Shown here: in pieces, positions 12,440-24,670 of the stretch
Position numbering within the stretch: the stretch's first letter is position 1
Layout: each line of letters starts with the position of its first letter
From: Malacoraja senta
Lineage: Eukaryota
Assembly: GCA_038087875.1 (NCBI GenBank)
Contig: JAXLNO010002760.1
Location: 558,001-617,784, forward strand
Length of the DNA: 59,784 nucleotides
Direction: 5' to 3'
Position numbers and translations under genes: made by a program
Notes under the pieces: generated by a model
Seen by the model: only the letters and a program-made list of their open reading frames with translations
What the model was told of the DNA's origin: nothing
Database searches by the model: none

Positions 12440-12810
12440 AGTTTATTTTCTTAAGATACAGAAGGTGGACATTTAGCCCATCAAGTCTATGCCAAACCTC
12501 AGTGTATTCGCTTAATTCCTTTTCTCCACTTAATGTATTTCTCTGATATACAAGCATTCCAGATTCTACCACTCACCTAAACGAGGGACAATTTACTGCT
12601 GCCATTTAACCCACCGACCCGCATGGCTTTGGGATGTGGGAGGAAATCAGTGCATGCAAGAGAAATAAAGTCAAATAAAGTTGACTTGACTTGACACCAG
12701 CACAAGAAGAATGTGCACATTCCACCTCGACCACACCTGATATCAGGATTGAACCTGGAGCTCTGGCACTGCGAGGTAGCAACACTAAGTACTGCACCTC
12801 TGCATACCTT
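12440..12810 (-). mobile_element. V-SINE (older copy)
   Basis: Reverse complement of the V-domain (ttgggatgtgggaggaaa) and tRNA head (caggattgaacctgg). Confidence 0.7.
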
Positions 12811-13769
12811 CCAGTTTATCTGCTGCCATTAACATCACAAAATATTGCAAGGCACTTGGGAGTGCTGTCAGGCAAACCTTGACCTCAGCTGATGTAAAGG
12901 CAGCAGGACAATGATCAAGAGAGGAAGACTTTAAGGGTGAGTTACAGAATGGAAGAGGGGCAGAGAAGTTTGAGTTAGAGATCAGAATATGCTGATGCGT
13001 ACAGGACTGGAAGAGATTACACAGGCAATGTGGAACAATTCTACACAGTGATTTTAAAGCAAGGACGAGAATTTTAAAGCTGAAAACGTTCTTAACTGCG
13101 AAACTATGTGGATTGTGGGTCTCACGGTGATGGATGTACTAGGGATTAGTTCCAGCCAACAAAACAGATGGCAAGTATTTGCAGCCCATTCTGTTTTTGT
13201 TTCAGAGTTGCAGTTGCTGCAGGGCACTATTTTAGTTGCTGATCCTACTGCACACACCACGTGTTGAACACAAACAAACCAGGAGCGCAGGAGGACGGTT
13301 CACTGAGCGCTGCACATGATGGGATTCCTAATCTCTGTTTTACGAAGAAGGATGGATTCCTTCACAGGGTCCTCTCAAATGAGGAAAGCATGCAGTTGAA
13401 TGGCACCAGGAAGTTCAGCCTCAGGGGAAGTAGGCACTGATTATTAGTGTGTTCCTCATCAAACCCTGGAGATTGTAATGGTGGAAACACCCCAACCTTG
13501 TCCTCTCTAAGGGAAGCCCCTGGATCTCCACCACACTGCCTCTTCTTTGGTAACCTGAAATTCTGAAGTCTGAAATTGGACAGCATAACCCTTCACCCAG
13601 CAACACTTTGGCATTATTCATCCAACAATGTCCTTTGTATGGAGATGGGGGCTTTGCTGGAATTTGGAAATATGATGATACCAGTTATATTTCACCCAAT
13701 GCACAAATGCATTGTAGGTCTCAGGCCACAGTAGAATCCTTTCTCTCTGCTAGTGACAGGTTCCTTGGA

Positions 13770-14580
13770 CAGATGGCCCAGTGACACAGCAAGTAGAGCT
13801 GATGCCGCACGGATTCAGTGACCTGGGTTAAAACCTCTGATGTTGTCTGTGTGGAGTTTGCACATTCTACCTGTAATCACATTGATTGCAAATTGCACAG
13901 ATTTATGGATGTAGTGCGGTCAGGCACACAAATCAGCCTCCCCGCATCAACTCCTTCAACTTCAGGAAAACAGCTGCCTCAGGAAAACAACCAACATAAT
14001 CAAGGACCACTCACACTCCAGACATTCTCTCGTCTCCTCTCTCCTGTTGAGCAGAATACACAAATTCATGAAAGAACATACAACCACATTCAATAACATT
14101 TAAGTTATTGAATACAATTCAAGCTTCATCCCTGCTGTTAATAAACATGTGAACTGACCTCTCATATTCCAGGGATTAATTTCCAATCTTCCATTCTACC
14201 TTTTTACATCCCTTGAACTTCTTTTTACCTGCAGTTTCTGTTGATAAAACAATATATTCTGCATTCTGTTTATCTTCTCTTTTGCAGTACCCAATGTTCT
14301 CATATATGGTATGAATTGCATGCATAGTATGCGAATAAAGTTTGTTACTGTATTTCGGTACTTGTAATGATATTATACCAATACCGAAACTCTGCCTTCA
14401 TCTCACATCCCAGAGAGGTTGGTAGGTTAAAGGACCACTGTAAATTTCCCTTGATGTGTAGGTGAGTGATAGCATCTGGAGGAGGGATGTTGATATGGGG
14501 AGAATAAAATAGGACTAACTGTAAATGTGTGCTTGATGGTCATCACAGATTAAGTGGGCCAAAGTATCCAAGCATTGTGA
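13770..14580 (+). mobile_element. V-SINE split by a Rex1/Babar 3' fragment (about 13880-14390)
   Basis: SINE head to gtggagtttgcacattc, then Rex1-like sequence (cagctgcctcaggaaaacaaccaacataatcaaggac) with tail; SINE body resumes at about 14390. Confidence 0.65.
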
Positions 14581-15124
14581 CTATATGTGCTGGAGTAAAT
14601 AAGTAGGATTTTGTAAACCAGCATCTGCAATCCCTGTGGCGACATTGTAACATTATGTCTCTGCTTCTATTTCTCATAGGCCTTACACTGAGCCCTTCCC
14701 AAATGTCGGACTGCCATTTGGTCATAGGACTTCTTTCTTAACCTCCACTTCAAATATGGACCAGGTTCAAAGGAGTTTGCAACACAATAGGCGCGCGATG
14801 TTGCTTGATTATCCAACCATAGCAATGTTCATTGTTCAGCTGCTGGCAAGAAACAATTCCGTAATGCCCACCCTAAATGTCGTTAAGAAGGTGGTGATAA
14901 GCCTGAATTGCAGTGAAGATATTTGTACGCCATTTCACAGGGTTTTTACAAATTAACCACATTGTTGTGATTATGTAGTTGTAATGATAAATAAAGAGCA
15001 GAACAGGAAAGGATTTCTTTCCCCGAGCTTGTAGTTTCCAGACACACAGATTATGTCCCAGATAAACCTCCACACATTGCTGAAACAATGACAGATCACA
15101 TGCTTAGGACATATCAGGAGCATG

Positions 15125-15364
15125 GACACACAAGAGACTGCAGATGCTGGAGTAGTGAGCAAAAACCAAACTGCTGGTGGAACTCAATGGGTCAAGCAGC
15201 ATTTGCAGAGGGGAATGAACAGTCGACATTCTGGGTCAAGATCCTTCATCTGAAATGGTGAATATGGGTCTGAAGAATGGTCTCGACCTGAAATGTCACC
15301 CATTCCTTCTCTCCAGAGATGCTGCCTGTCCCGCTGAGTTACTCCAGCATTTTGTCTCAATCTA
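15125..15364. mobile_element. Two Penelope-like terminal-repeat fragments in inverted orientation; hammerhead core at 15270-15297
   Basis: ctgcagatgctgg...cagcat copy on -, and ctgaagaatggtctcgacctgaaatgtcacccattcc...ctccagcattttg on +. The + copy is flanked by atggtgaatatg(a)ggtctg direct repeats. Confidence 0.75.
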
Positions 15365-16389
15365 TGGTGAATATGAGGTCTGGGAGTGAATGAAATTAAA
15401 GTTTTTGAAAAGAATGTCACAGACATCTTGGGCCAATAGGTTTGTTCAGTGTTGTACTGTTGTGTAAGATCCTAAGTGGCCATGAGAGGGTAGATATCAA
15501 GATGATGCCACAAAGGGGAGAATCTCAAAGCGAGAGGAAATAATTAAAATAACTATATTTATAAGGATTATAAGAAAGTATTGAAACAGGAAGTCCTTCT
15601 CAGATAGGATTTCCTCAGTTCTTATGAATTCTCTACCCAAGAGCATTGTGGCTAGATCAGTCATGTATCTAAATAAGAGGTAGATAAATTCCTGAACAAT
15701 TGAGAATTCAGGGCCAGGGAGAGCTGGTGCTGAATAGGATTTGAGGCCTAGGGCAGATCAGCCATCATCATAGAGAATTTCCTGCTCCTATTTTCTTGTG
15801 TTCTTATACCATTGAAAAGATACAAATTAGATGCAAAACACTTTGGGAAGTTATGAAGAATGATCTTTCAATACAAGTCTTTGTTCCTCCTATGTGCTCA
15901 ACAGCTTTAGATTTTATTTGGAGGACAATTTGCATCATTCAGGTAAAATTTGCAAAAAGCCACTCTCTGCTGATGTATTCTAGGTTACATTGTTAGAATG
16001 TATTGGCCCCAGAAAACAAAGTTTTAGTGAGGGTGGCAGTGTGGAGGCAATGTTTACTGTGGAAGTTACCAATCAAGCAATTTCTGCTCTGGGTGCCTTG
16101 AGCTTGCTTGGAGTATTACTTAGTTAATGCTACGAACTCTTCAACATCCTGTATGATGAAAAATGCAGATCAGAATGATTAGGAGGCTTGAGCCCTTACT
16201 ATCGTTAAATCTTAGCGGTCTCTGTGGTTCTGCTCGCGGTTTGCTATCGTGGCTACCCCAGAGGAGGTATGGGTCAGGTTAGATGTCAGAGACAGGAGAA
16301 GGAGGAGGACCTGACTGCCTGCTTCATCCCTGTGTGGAATCAAACAATCTGATGTAACTGTGCAGCAGGCAGATCCAACTATGTCTCTG

Positions 16390-17000
16390 AGAGCCACAGC
16401 TTCAAGTTCCTGGGCGTGTACATCCCTGAAGATATGTCCAGGGCACTGCCCATTGCAGCAATCACAAAGAAAGCGCATCAATCAATGCTTCTATTTCCTC
16501 TGTAGTTTGAGGATGTTCAAGAAGTTGCCAAATACTCTATCAAACCTCTGCTGGTGAAAGGTGTAGAGCATACCGACTGGTTGCTGCAAAGCCTGGATCA
16601 TTAACTCAAACATCCAAGTTAAAAGAAGGCTGCAGAAAGTGATGGTTATTGCCTGGACCATCGCAATTATTGACTTTCCACCATCGAAGGGAGTTACAGC
16701 AAATGCTGCCTAATATCATCAAAGACTCACACTACCTTGACCATGATCTCATCGCACTGCTACCTTCGGCAAGAATGTACGGGATTCTGAGAACTATCAT
16801 CTCCAAGTTCAAGAACAGCATCTTTTCATCAATCATCAGGCTCTTGAACAATACTGCACAACCCTCACCACAATCCTAACTCAGCACCAACTATGGACTA
16901 TATGCGTTGCACTACGTATTTTGAGTTCCACTATTATGGTCTGGTTACCTAATATTACAATTTATTGTATCATTGATTATTTTATGTTTATTTATTTATG
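16390..17000 (+). mobile_element. Rex1/Babar 3' fragment
   Basis: SFKFLGVYI...; NIIKDSHYLDHDLIALLPSARMYGILRTIISKFKNSIFSSIIRLLN. Confidence 0.8.
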
Positions 17001-17389
17001 GTATTGTTGGATAATAAGACTGGATTGTGTGTTGGACTGAGTTACATCCACAACTCTTTGTAATATCTTGTGAAGAAATTCATTTCCAGAAAGTTTTTCC
17101 TCTAGTGGTTTAATTAGATAGCACACAAAGTTTTCACTGTACATGACAATAATAAACCAATACCAACACTAATACCAACACATGTCCACAAGGAGAGTGG
17201 AAGTGAAGATAATAAGTTCAAGAAGAAATTGGAATGAGCAAAATAAAATGCAAGATTGCTGGGATAGAATGGGTAATGGGGCTGATTGAATTGTTTCAGA
17301 GAGAGGACTCAGTTGGCCAAATGATACTCCAAACCCGAGATTGATTTCTTTCATGACCAGCATGGGATTGGTTCTGCCCATTTGGGGAG

Positions 17390-19715
17390 TGGTGTGAGTG
17401 GAGCATCATCGGGTTGTCAGAGTAGACAACCTGGATTGATGCTCATGGAAGAGTTTCAGTACGGCAACAGATAAAGGTTGGACCTCTATTCAAGTTAAGG
17501 TCCTAAATTGAGCCAAAGATGATTTCAGTGGCGTCAGATGGGAACTTACTGAAGTTGGCTGGGGGAGGCTGTTTACAGATAAAGGAATGTCTGGCAGGTG
17601 GGAGGCTTTTAGAAATGCGATAGGAAGAGTTCAGGATCAGTGTGTTCCTGTTGGAGTGAATGGAAAGGTTAGCAAGATTATGGAACCTTAGTTAAGGAGG
17701 AAAATTGAGAGACTGGTTAGTAAAAAGAAAGAGGTATTTGTCAGGAGTAGGCAGCTGAGAGTATAAGGGAAGTAGAGGTACACTTAACAAGGAAATTAGG
17801 AGCGCAAAAAAAGGGCCACGAGATATCTCTAGCAAATAAGCTAAAGGAGAATCTAAAAGATTCTGTAAGAGAGTATAAAGGGTAGGTGGGGAGATGTAGA
17901 AATCTTTTAAAATGACAGTGATAATCTATGTTCAGCCATGGGTAATGGGGATGGTCTTGAATGAATACTTCTTGTCCTTATCTACCGTGGAGAAGGACGT
18001 GAAAGTTTTTTGGTTCAGAGGAGGGAACAGTGATATTCTGAAGCATATTGACATTACAAAGAAGGAGGTGTTGGTCTTGAAGCACATAAAGGTTGAGAAA
18101 AACCCTGGGATTGATCAGGTGTATCTTAAGATGTTATGGGAGGGAGAAGGGGAAATTGCTAGGATTTTGGCTGAGATTTTTATATCTTTGTTAACCACAA
18201 GTGAGATGACGGTACACTGGAGTGTAGCTAATGTTAAATCATTATTTAAGAAGGGAAGTGGAGATAAGCAGTGAGCCTCACATCTTGGTGGGAGAGTTAC
18301 ATGGAGGGATTCTGAGGGACAGGATTTATTTGGATTTGGAAAGCGCAAAGGCTAGTAATGGGGGGTTGTTGTTCGGATTGAAAGTCTGTGATCAATGGTG
18401 TTCCGCAGAGACTACTGGGTCCTTTGTTGTGTGTTATGGACATTATTGATTTGGATGAGAATGTAGGTGGCATGATTTGTAAGGTTGCAGATGACACCAA
18501 AATTAGTGGTATAGTGGACAGTGAAGGAGATTGCCTCAAGTTACAGCAGTTTATAGATTAAATAGAAAAGTGGGCAAGGGAATGGGAGATGGAATTTAAC
18601 TCAGACATGTATAAAAGTATACATTTTGTGACATTAAATAAGGGCAGGACATACGCAGTGAATGGCAGGGCCCTGGGGAATGCTGTTGAAGAGAAGAATC
18701 TTGAGGTGGATGTTCATCATTCCTTGAAAGTGGTCACACTGTTGTATGGCAGTAAAGGCACCGACCTGACATGTGATGGAAGATTTTATGTGGGATTCTG
18801 GTTGCTGTGTTATAGGAAGCAGAAAAGATTCACATGGATGTGTCCCGGGTTGAAAGGCTTTAGTTATAAGGTTGGATAGGCTGGGTCTGTTATCCTTGTA
18901 GGAGGCTGAGTTGACTTGACAGACTTTATAAAATTATCAGAGCTATGGGTAGGATAGATAGCCAGAGTCTGTTTCTAATGGTAGCGGTGTCAATCATTTG
19001 AAGGCATAGGTTTAAGGTGAGAAGAAGGAAGTTTAAAGGGGATCTGACGGGTAAATTTTCTCATGAATAATGGTGGATATCTGGAATGAGTTGCTAAAGG
19101 AATGGTGGAGACAGGAACAGTAACAATATTTAGGTTTCTAAGTGTTAGTTTTTAGAGATACAGCATGGAAACATTCGACCCACTGAGTCCACGCTGACTT
19201 TAGCATGGAGTAGGCCATTCGGCCCTTCAAGCCAGCACCGCCATTCAATATGATCATGGCTGATCATCCAAAATCAGTTCCTGCTTTCTCCCCATATCCC
19301 TTGATTCTGTTAGCCCAAAGAGCTTAGCCCTTTGATCACCCATTCACACTAGTTCTATGTAATTCCAATTTCTCATTGACTCCCCACACATTAGGGACAA
19401 TTTTACAGAGGCCAATTAACCTACAAACCCACAAGTCTTTGGGATGTTGAAGGAAACTTGAAGAAAACTTGCTCAGTCACAGAGGGAACGAGCAAACATC
19501 ACACAGACGGCGGCCGAGGTCAGGATTGAACCTGGGCCTGTGGCATTGTGAGACAATAGCTCTACCAGCTGCACACTGTGCTGCCCATTTAAGAAGCAAC
19601 TGGACAGGTATGTCAATGAGCAGGGCATAGAGGGATAGATTAATGCAGGCAAGTGGGATGAGTATAGATAGGCATGTCAGCATTGATGAAATTGGCTGAA
19701 GACCTTGTTTCCATG
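17390..19715 (+). mobile_element. Old, internally deleted CR1 with a nested V-SINE (-, about 19145-19587) that itself contains a CR1 3' piece (about 19200-19325)
   Basis: LNEYFLSLST, WSVANVKSLFKKG, KVADDTKI, MEFNSD; SINE head and V-domain on the minus strand. Confidence 0.8.
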
Positions 19716-19869
19716 CTGTATAACTCTATATCTCTCATGGTGGATGAAGAACAGGGATTAATAATAAGACTGCATTTCAATAAAAGAATGCAGAATCTCT
19801 CGCCAAAGTTTGTCAAATTGACATAACCAGACCTTTTCTGATTATATTAAACAGGACTCTGCTTCTTGT

Positions 19870-20230
19870 GGCATTCCCAGGCCAGTACAGTGGACTCATC
19901 TTGTGGGGCTGCTACTTAACTGTTGCAACGACATTTGTTTCAATCTTGACCTCCAGTGTTGTCTGGGTGGAGCTTGCATGTTCCCCCTATAACTGCGTGG
20001 GTTTCCCTTGGGTGCTCAGGTTTCCTCCCACATCCCTGACGACACGCGTAGGCTAATTAGCCACTGTAAATTGCCTGTAGAGTGTAGGTGAATGGGAGAA
20101 TCTGGGAGGGGAGTTGATAGGAATGTGGTGAGAATAAAGTGTATCAGTGTAGAGTTGGTGTGAAATGGGTGCTCAGTGTCAGCAGGGCCCCATGGGCCAA
20201 GGAGCCTGTTTCCATGCTGTAGGACTCGAT
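19870..20230 (+). mobile_element. V-SINE
   Basis: gtggagcttgcatgttccccc...gtgggtttcc...ggtttcctcccacatccc and CR1-type tail gcctgtttccatgctgta. Confidence 0.8.
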
Positions 20231-21164
20231 GGATACGACGTAGGAAAAGGAGTGGATAAAAAGAGGCTATTAACCACCGCAGCACAAATGCATCCCAGTC
20301 TGTGACACAGCATTGCAGTAGTGAGGCTTTTAACAGGGGTCACAGGAGGTAGTTGGGAACCATAAAACTGCAACGGGTTAGTAGTTTCAGGACAGGGAGA
20401 TAGGAAAGTGGGAAGGCATGTTGTCACTATTCTGAGCCCATGATACCAAAATGCACAAGCAGGCTGACTCATCTTTAACTGCCACACCTTGATTATAGCC
20501 TGCAGAGTTAATCATTATTCAGAGTGTTTAAAATAATCCACTGCCTATCAGCCTTCACCAGAACTCCTGTCTGTACCACTTCAGTGCGCTGCGTGGGATG
20601 TGTGCTGCAGTGATAGTGCCTGATTTAGGTCTCTTATTGTCACTTCAGTATTCTCCAGTTGTTGAAGAGAAATTATTTTTATTTAAAACATAGCTGCGGC
20701 ATCTTTTTAAATAACAGGGAGCTTGTAAAACTAGGATCTGCTTTCGTACATCCATAGACATCGGCAGGGCGCTGTGGGTTAATTACAGTGGTGTGATGAG
20801 GTTGATGGCCTATTGAAGACTTCTCACTCAATGGATGCCTCTGGTTTCTCTGTAATGTTCAAGGGCATGCACTGTGTCCCATTGACTGTAACTTGCTATA
20901 TGCACAGTCTGACAGGTCTATCATACTTCCTTTGTTCAATAAATAGGCTGTGTCCCCCTCATTGAATATGTACATTGCATTTGGAATTGCTGTTTGATGG
21001 TCAAATCATTATCTAATTTTGTTAGCCACCGAGGGCCACATTCCAGACTCATGGCAGTGGCTTAATGTATAGTGCTTGATGAGCAAAGGCCTACAGTGGT
21101 TGGAATGGTCACATCTTTGTGACTCTGCTTGACCATTTCTACTTAGCCATTACAACTTTTAATG

Positions 21165-21455
21165 TTTGGTTCAGAGACACAGCATTGAAACAGGTCCTTC
21201 GGCCCACCGAATCCATGTCGACCAGTGATCCCTGTACACTAGTACTAACCTACACACGAGGGACAATTTACAATTCTTATTGAAGCCAATTAATCTACCA
21301 ACCTGTACATCTTTGGTGTGTGGCAGGAAACCGGAGCTCCCAGAGAAAACCCACGTGGTCACGGGGACAAACTCTGTACAGAACGCACCTGTGGTCAGGT
21401 TCGAACCCAGGACTCTGGCGCACTAGGATAGCACTGTACCACTGCGTCAGCATGC
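21165..21455 (-). mobile_element. V-SINE (HE1-like)
   Basis: Reverse-complement match to 1821-2140, including tail, V-domain and B box (ggttcgaaccc). Confidence 0.85.
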
Positions 21456-21509
21456 CGGTCAACTTGTTGAAGTAGAGAGCAACACTATTTTACATCATTG
21501 TGGTAGCCT

Positions 21510-22720
21510 TAGATAGAGTCATGGAGTCATAAACTACCAAAACAGGCCCGTCAGTCCAGTCCATCCATGCAAAACAAGATGCCCCATCTAAGCCAATTTG
21601 CCTGCGTTTGGCTCCCATCCCTCTAAACCTTTCCTATCCAGATTGCTATCCTAATGTTGTTTGAATGTTGTTATTGTACGTGCCTCAACCACTTGCTCCG
21701 GCATCTTGTTCGAAATACCCACCACCCTTTGTGTGAAAAGGTTTCCTCTCAGGTTCCTAATAAAGCCTTCCGCTCTCACCTTAAACATAAACATGCCCTT
21801 GAGTCGTTGTCCTTGAGCCCCTACCTTGGGGAAAAAAAAGACTGTGCATTCACCCCATCTATTCCCCTCATGATTTTATACACCAATATGATCAGCATTA
21901 ACGGCGACCACTCTCACATCTTAATATAATGGTCCCAAACCAATGGCCTCAACACACAAATCTAGGCGATGCTCCAGTGCAGTACTGAGGAAGTGTTGCA
22001 CTGTCTGAGGTGCTGTCTTTTGGATGGCATGTCAAACGAAGGACAGTCTCCTCTAGACACTCTGCTGGAGGAGCTCAGCGGATCAAGTAGCATCTGTGAA
22101 AGATCATGACCTGAAATGTTGACTGTACATTTCCCTTCACTGATTGTGCCTGATCTATTGAGTTCCTCCAGCAGATTGATTGGTATTCCAGATTTCAGCA
22201 TTGGCAGTCTCTTGAATCTCTTTAAACCAGTGTGTTCTGCTGGGTGGATGTGAAAGATCCTATGGAAGAACAGCAGGGATATTTCAGAACAATATTTATC
22301 TCTCAATCGACAACCCTGAAAGCTTGCAGTATGCAAATTGGCAGTGATAAAGTGATAGAGTGATAGAGTCATATAGCATGGAAACAGGACCTTTGGTCCG
22401 GTTTACCCATTCCGACCAACATGCTCCGTCTACTCTGGTTCTACCTCCTTGTGTTCGTCCCATTTGCCCACATTTGGCACAAATCCCTCAAAGCCTTTCC
22501 TACCCATGTATCTATCCAAATGTCCTTCAAAGGTTGTTATAGTTTCTGCTCAACTACCTCCTTGGCTGCTCATTCCATACACCCACCACCCTCTGCGTGA
22601 AAAAATGTACCCCCTTAGATTCCTATTAAATCTTTCGCTTCTCACCTATGTCCTCTTAAAATAGTATCCACACATTAAAAAGTCATCCATTGACCATAAA
22701 GCTTTTTGGGAGATTTGGAT
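21510..22720. mobile_element. Cluster: CR1 3' ends (-, about 21510-21890 and 22355-22660), Deu-SINE (+) and a short Penelope-type insert (about 22055-22215)
   Basis: ctaaacctttcctatcc and accaccctctgcgtgaaaa are CR1 signatures; cagtactgagg...gtcttttggatg and ggatgtgaaagatcc are Deu signatures. Confidence 0.65.
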
Positions 22721-23171
22721 AGTACTTGAGCTGGTCATCACATACTCCACCTGCCCTAGTCCGTTCCACCATCAATACTTATTATCGCTAATAGTCAAAG
22801 CTGCTCAAAGAAAGTGGAGTAAAATGTTTACCTGATTTCAATGCACACCATGCTTTATGCTTAAGACTGCCCACAACAGATACTTGGAAATTAATTGGTA
22901 ATGCCAAGGGACTTTAAGGCAGTCTTAGAGAGGTAGCAGGAAGGCAGGCAAGCATGAAATTTGTAAGGCTAAAAATATTTATACACTGACAGTTGCTTCT
23001 TGATTTCTGCAGCAGGTTACTAAAACATCCTTCAGGGTGAAAATGCATCTGTAATTGAGATTTCAGCTTGACTGAGGCACTACTAGTGTGAACGAGTAAT
23101 GATTAAATGCATTGTGTCCAAATATAGCAGTGGATGACTCAACCATGCTGCCATTAAATAGAGCTACTTAC

Positions 23172-23287
23172 CATAAGATATATCCAGTGGAAAAGAAGCT
23201 AACTGCAGCCTGGCCTGTCGTTCTGTTAGGATAATGATGATGAGTTGTCCTCATTTCAATCAGAATGAAGGGAAGGACTGTGGTGTG
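23172..23287 (-). CDS. AIG1: AIG1 coding exon (equivalent to exon 4), 116 nt, phase 0/2; first codon is the catalytic His
   Basis: Acceptor ttattttgttttgcag|, donor |gtaagt. Translates [38 protein letters not shown](W) versus human [39 protein letters not shown]. This frame is not in the supplied ORF track. Confidence 0.95.
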
Positions 23288-24670
23288 CTGCAAAACAAAA
23301 TAACAAAATGAAAATGTAGCATGCTGAGACTGAAAAGTGATAAAATGCCTATTAGCAATTCAAATTGACCACCTTGAATAATTGAAGAAAAGAAGTGAGC
23401 TGCAATTTTGCAATGAGACGACTTTTGAATCTGCCTCAATGAAGATACTTTACACTCCCTTTGGGGTGTCATCTCATTATATATCCTTTGTGATCCTACA
23501 TCCTGAGATTTCTCTATACTGGCAGTCAGAGTATTGATGCCAACTCAGTTAATCAGTACCCAGGGGTGTTAAAACATAAAGTCAAACCAGTTCCTGCATT
23601 ATTTTTACACATGTGCCAGCAAACAGCTCGAGCTGGGGAGGCAACTTCTGGGCTTAGTTAACAGACCTGCAGAGTTTCTTAATACCCAGGGCATGCTGAG
23701 TTATTTTGAATAGGTAGTAATTATGCCACATTCACAATGCTGGCTGACACTAATGGTGAAGGCAGGCAATTAAACAATTTTTAGCCACGTGGAGCGAAGT
23801 CAGAGTGAATGTTAAAAAGTGTTAAAAAAAGAAAAAGAAAGTGTTGGAAATTCAATCAACTATTCCAGCCCACTGCCTAAATTTTTTAGCATTACTGTAT
23901 TTCATTTAACTTGTCTCTTTTCCCATTCGCCATAGGCTGACCTGTTATTATTCACTAGCCTTAACTGCTCTCTCTCAGTCACCTCCATCATCCATTTCAC
24001 CAGTCTACACTGCTCCCTTACTGAATACCTTCCTTCATCTTCTCTCCTTGCCTATCCATACGTTTGCTGCAACTTGTTCCATTCTAAGTTCTGGTGCAAT
24101 TTCATCAACTTAAATGTCCACCCTCTCTCCACAGATGCTGCATGATTATTTCCAACATTTTCTGTCTTTATTTCTGATCTCCAGTATCTGTATTATTTTA
24201 CCTTTGCAAATCCTACGGCAACAAAAGCCAGGTATATAGAAACACAAGTGACTGCAGATGCTGGAATTTTGAGGAATCTTGCTCAGCAGTCTGAAGAATG
24301 GTCCTGACCTGAAATGTTGTCCATCCATTCTTTCTGCAGCTGCTGGTGTGTTTTTTGATACCGCTATATAGGGTCATTAACTTATTAAAATGTTCCAGAA
24401 TGATGCACATGACTGTTATAAAAGGAAAATGAAATATAAAGCCACAGCATAAAGCCAAGTTATTGCAGCAGGTGACTAATAACTTGGTTATGGGCATCGG
24501 TTTGAAGGAGATTTACAACGATGTTTCCAGGACTTGAGAGTTTAGGGAGAGATTGACGAAGCTAGGACTTTATTCCTTGGTGCACAGCAAGTTAAGAGGT
24601 GATTCTCTCGAGGTGAAGGGGAATTGATAGGGTGAAGGCGCAGTCTTTTACCCAGGGTAGGGGAATCAAG

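Noticed and set aside
14971-15078. Acceptor-like site followed by NVWRFIWD as AIG1 exon 5
   Set aside because: No alignment to the expected VCWVHHVTGMWVYP sequence; exon 5 was not found in the window.
15805-15930. Minus-strand EHIG peptide as AIG1 exon 5
   Set aside because: The flanks lack WVYPFL and LLGE..N..IWD; a chance 4-residue match.
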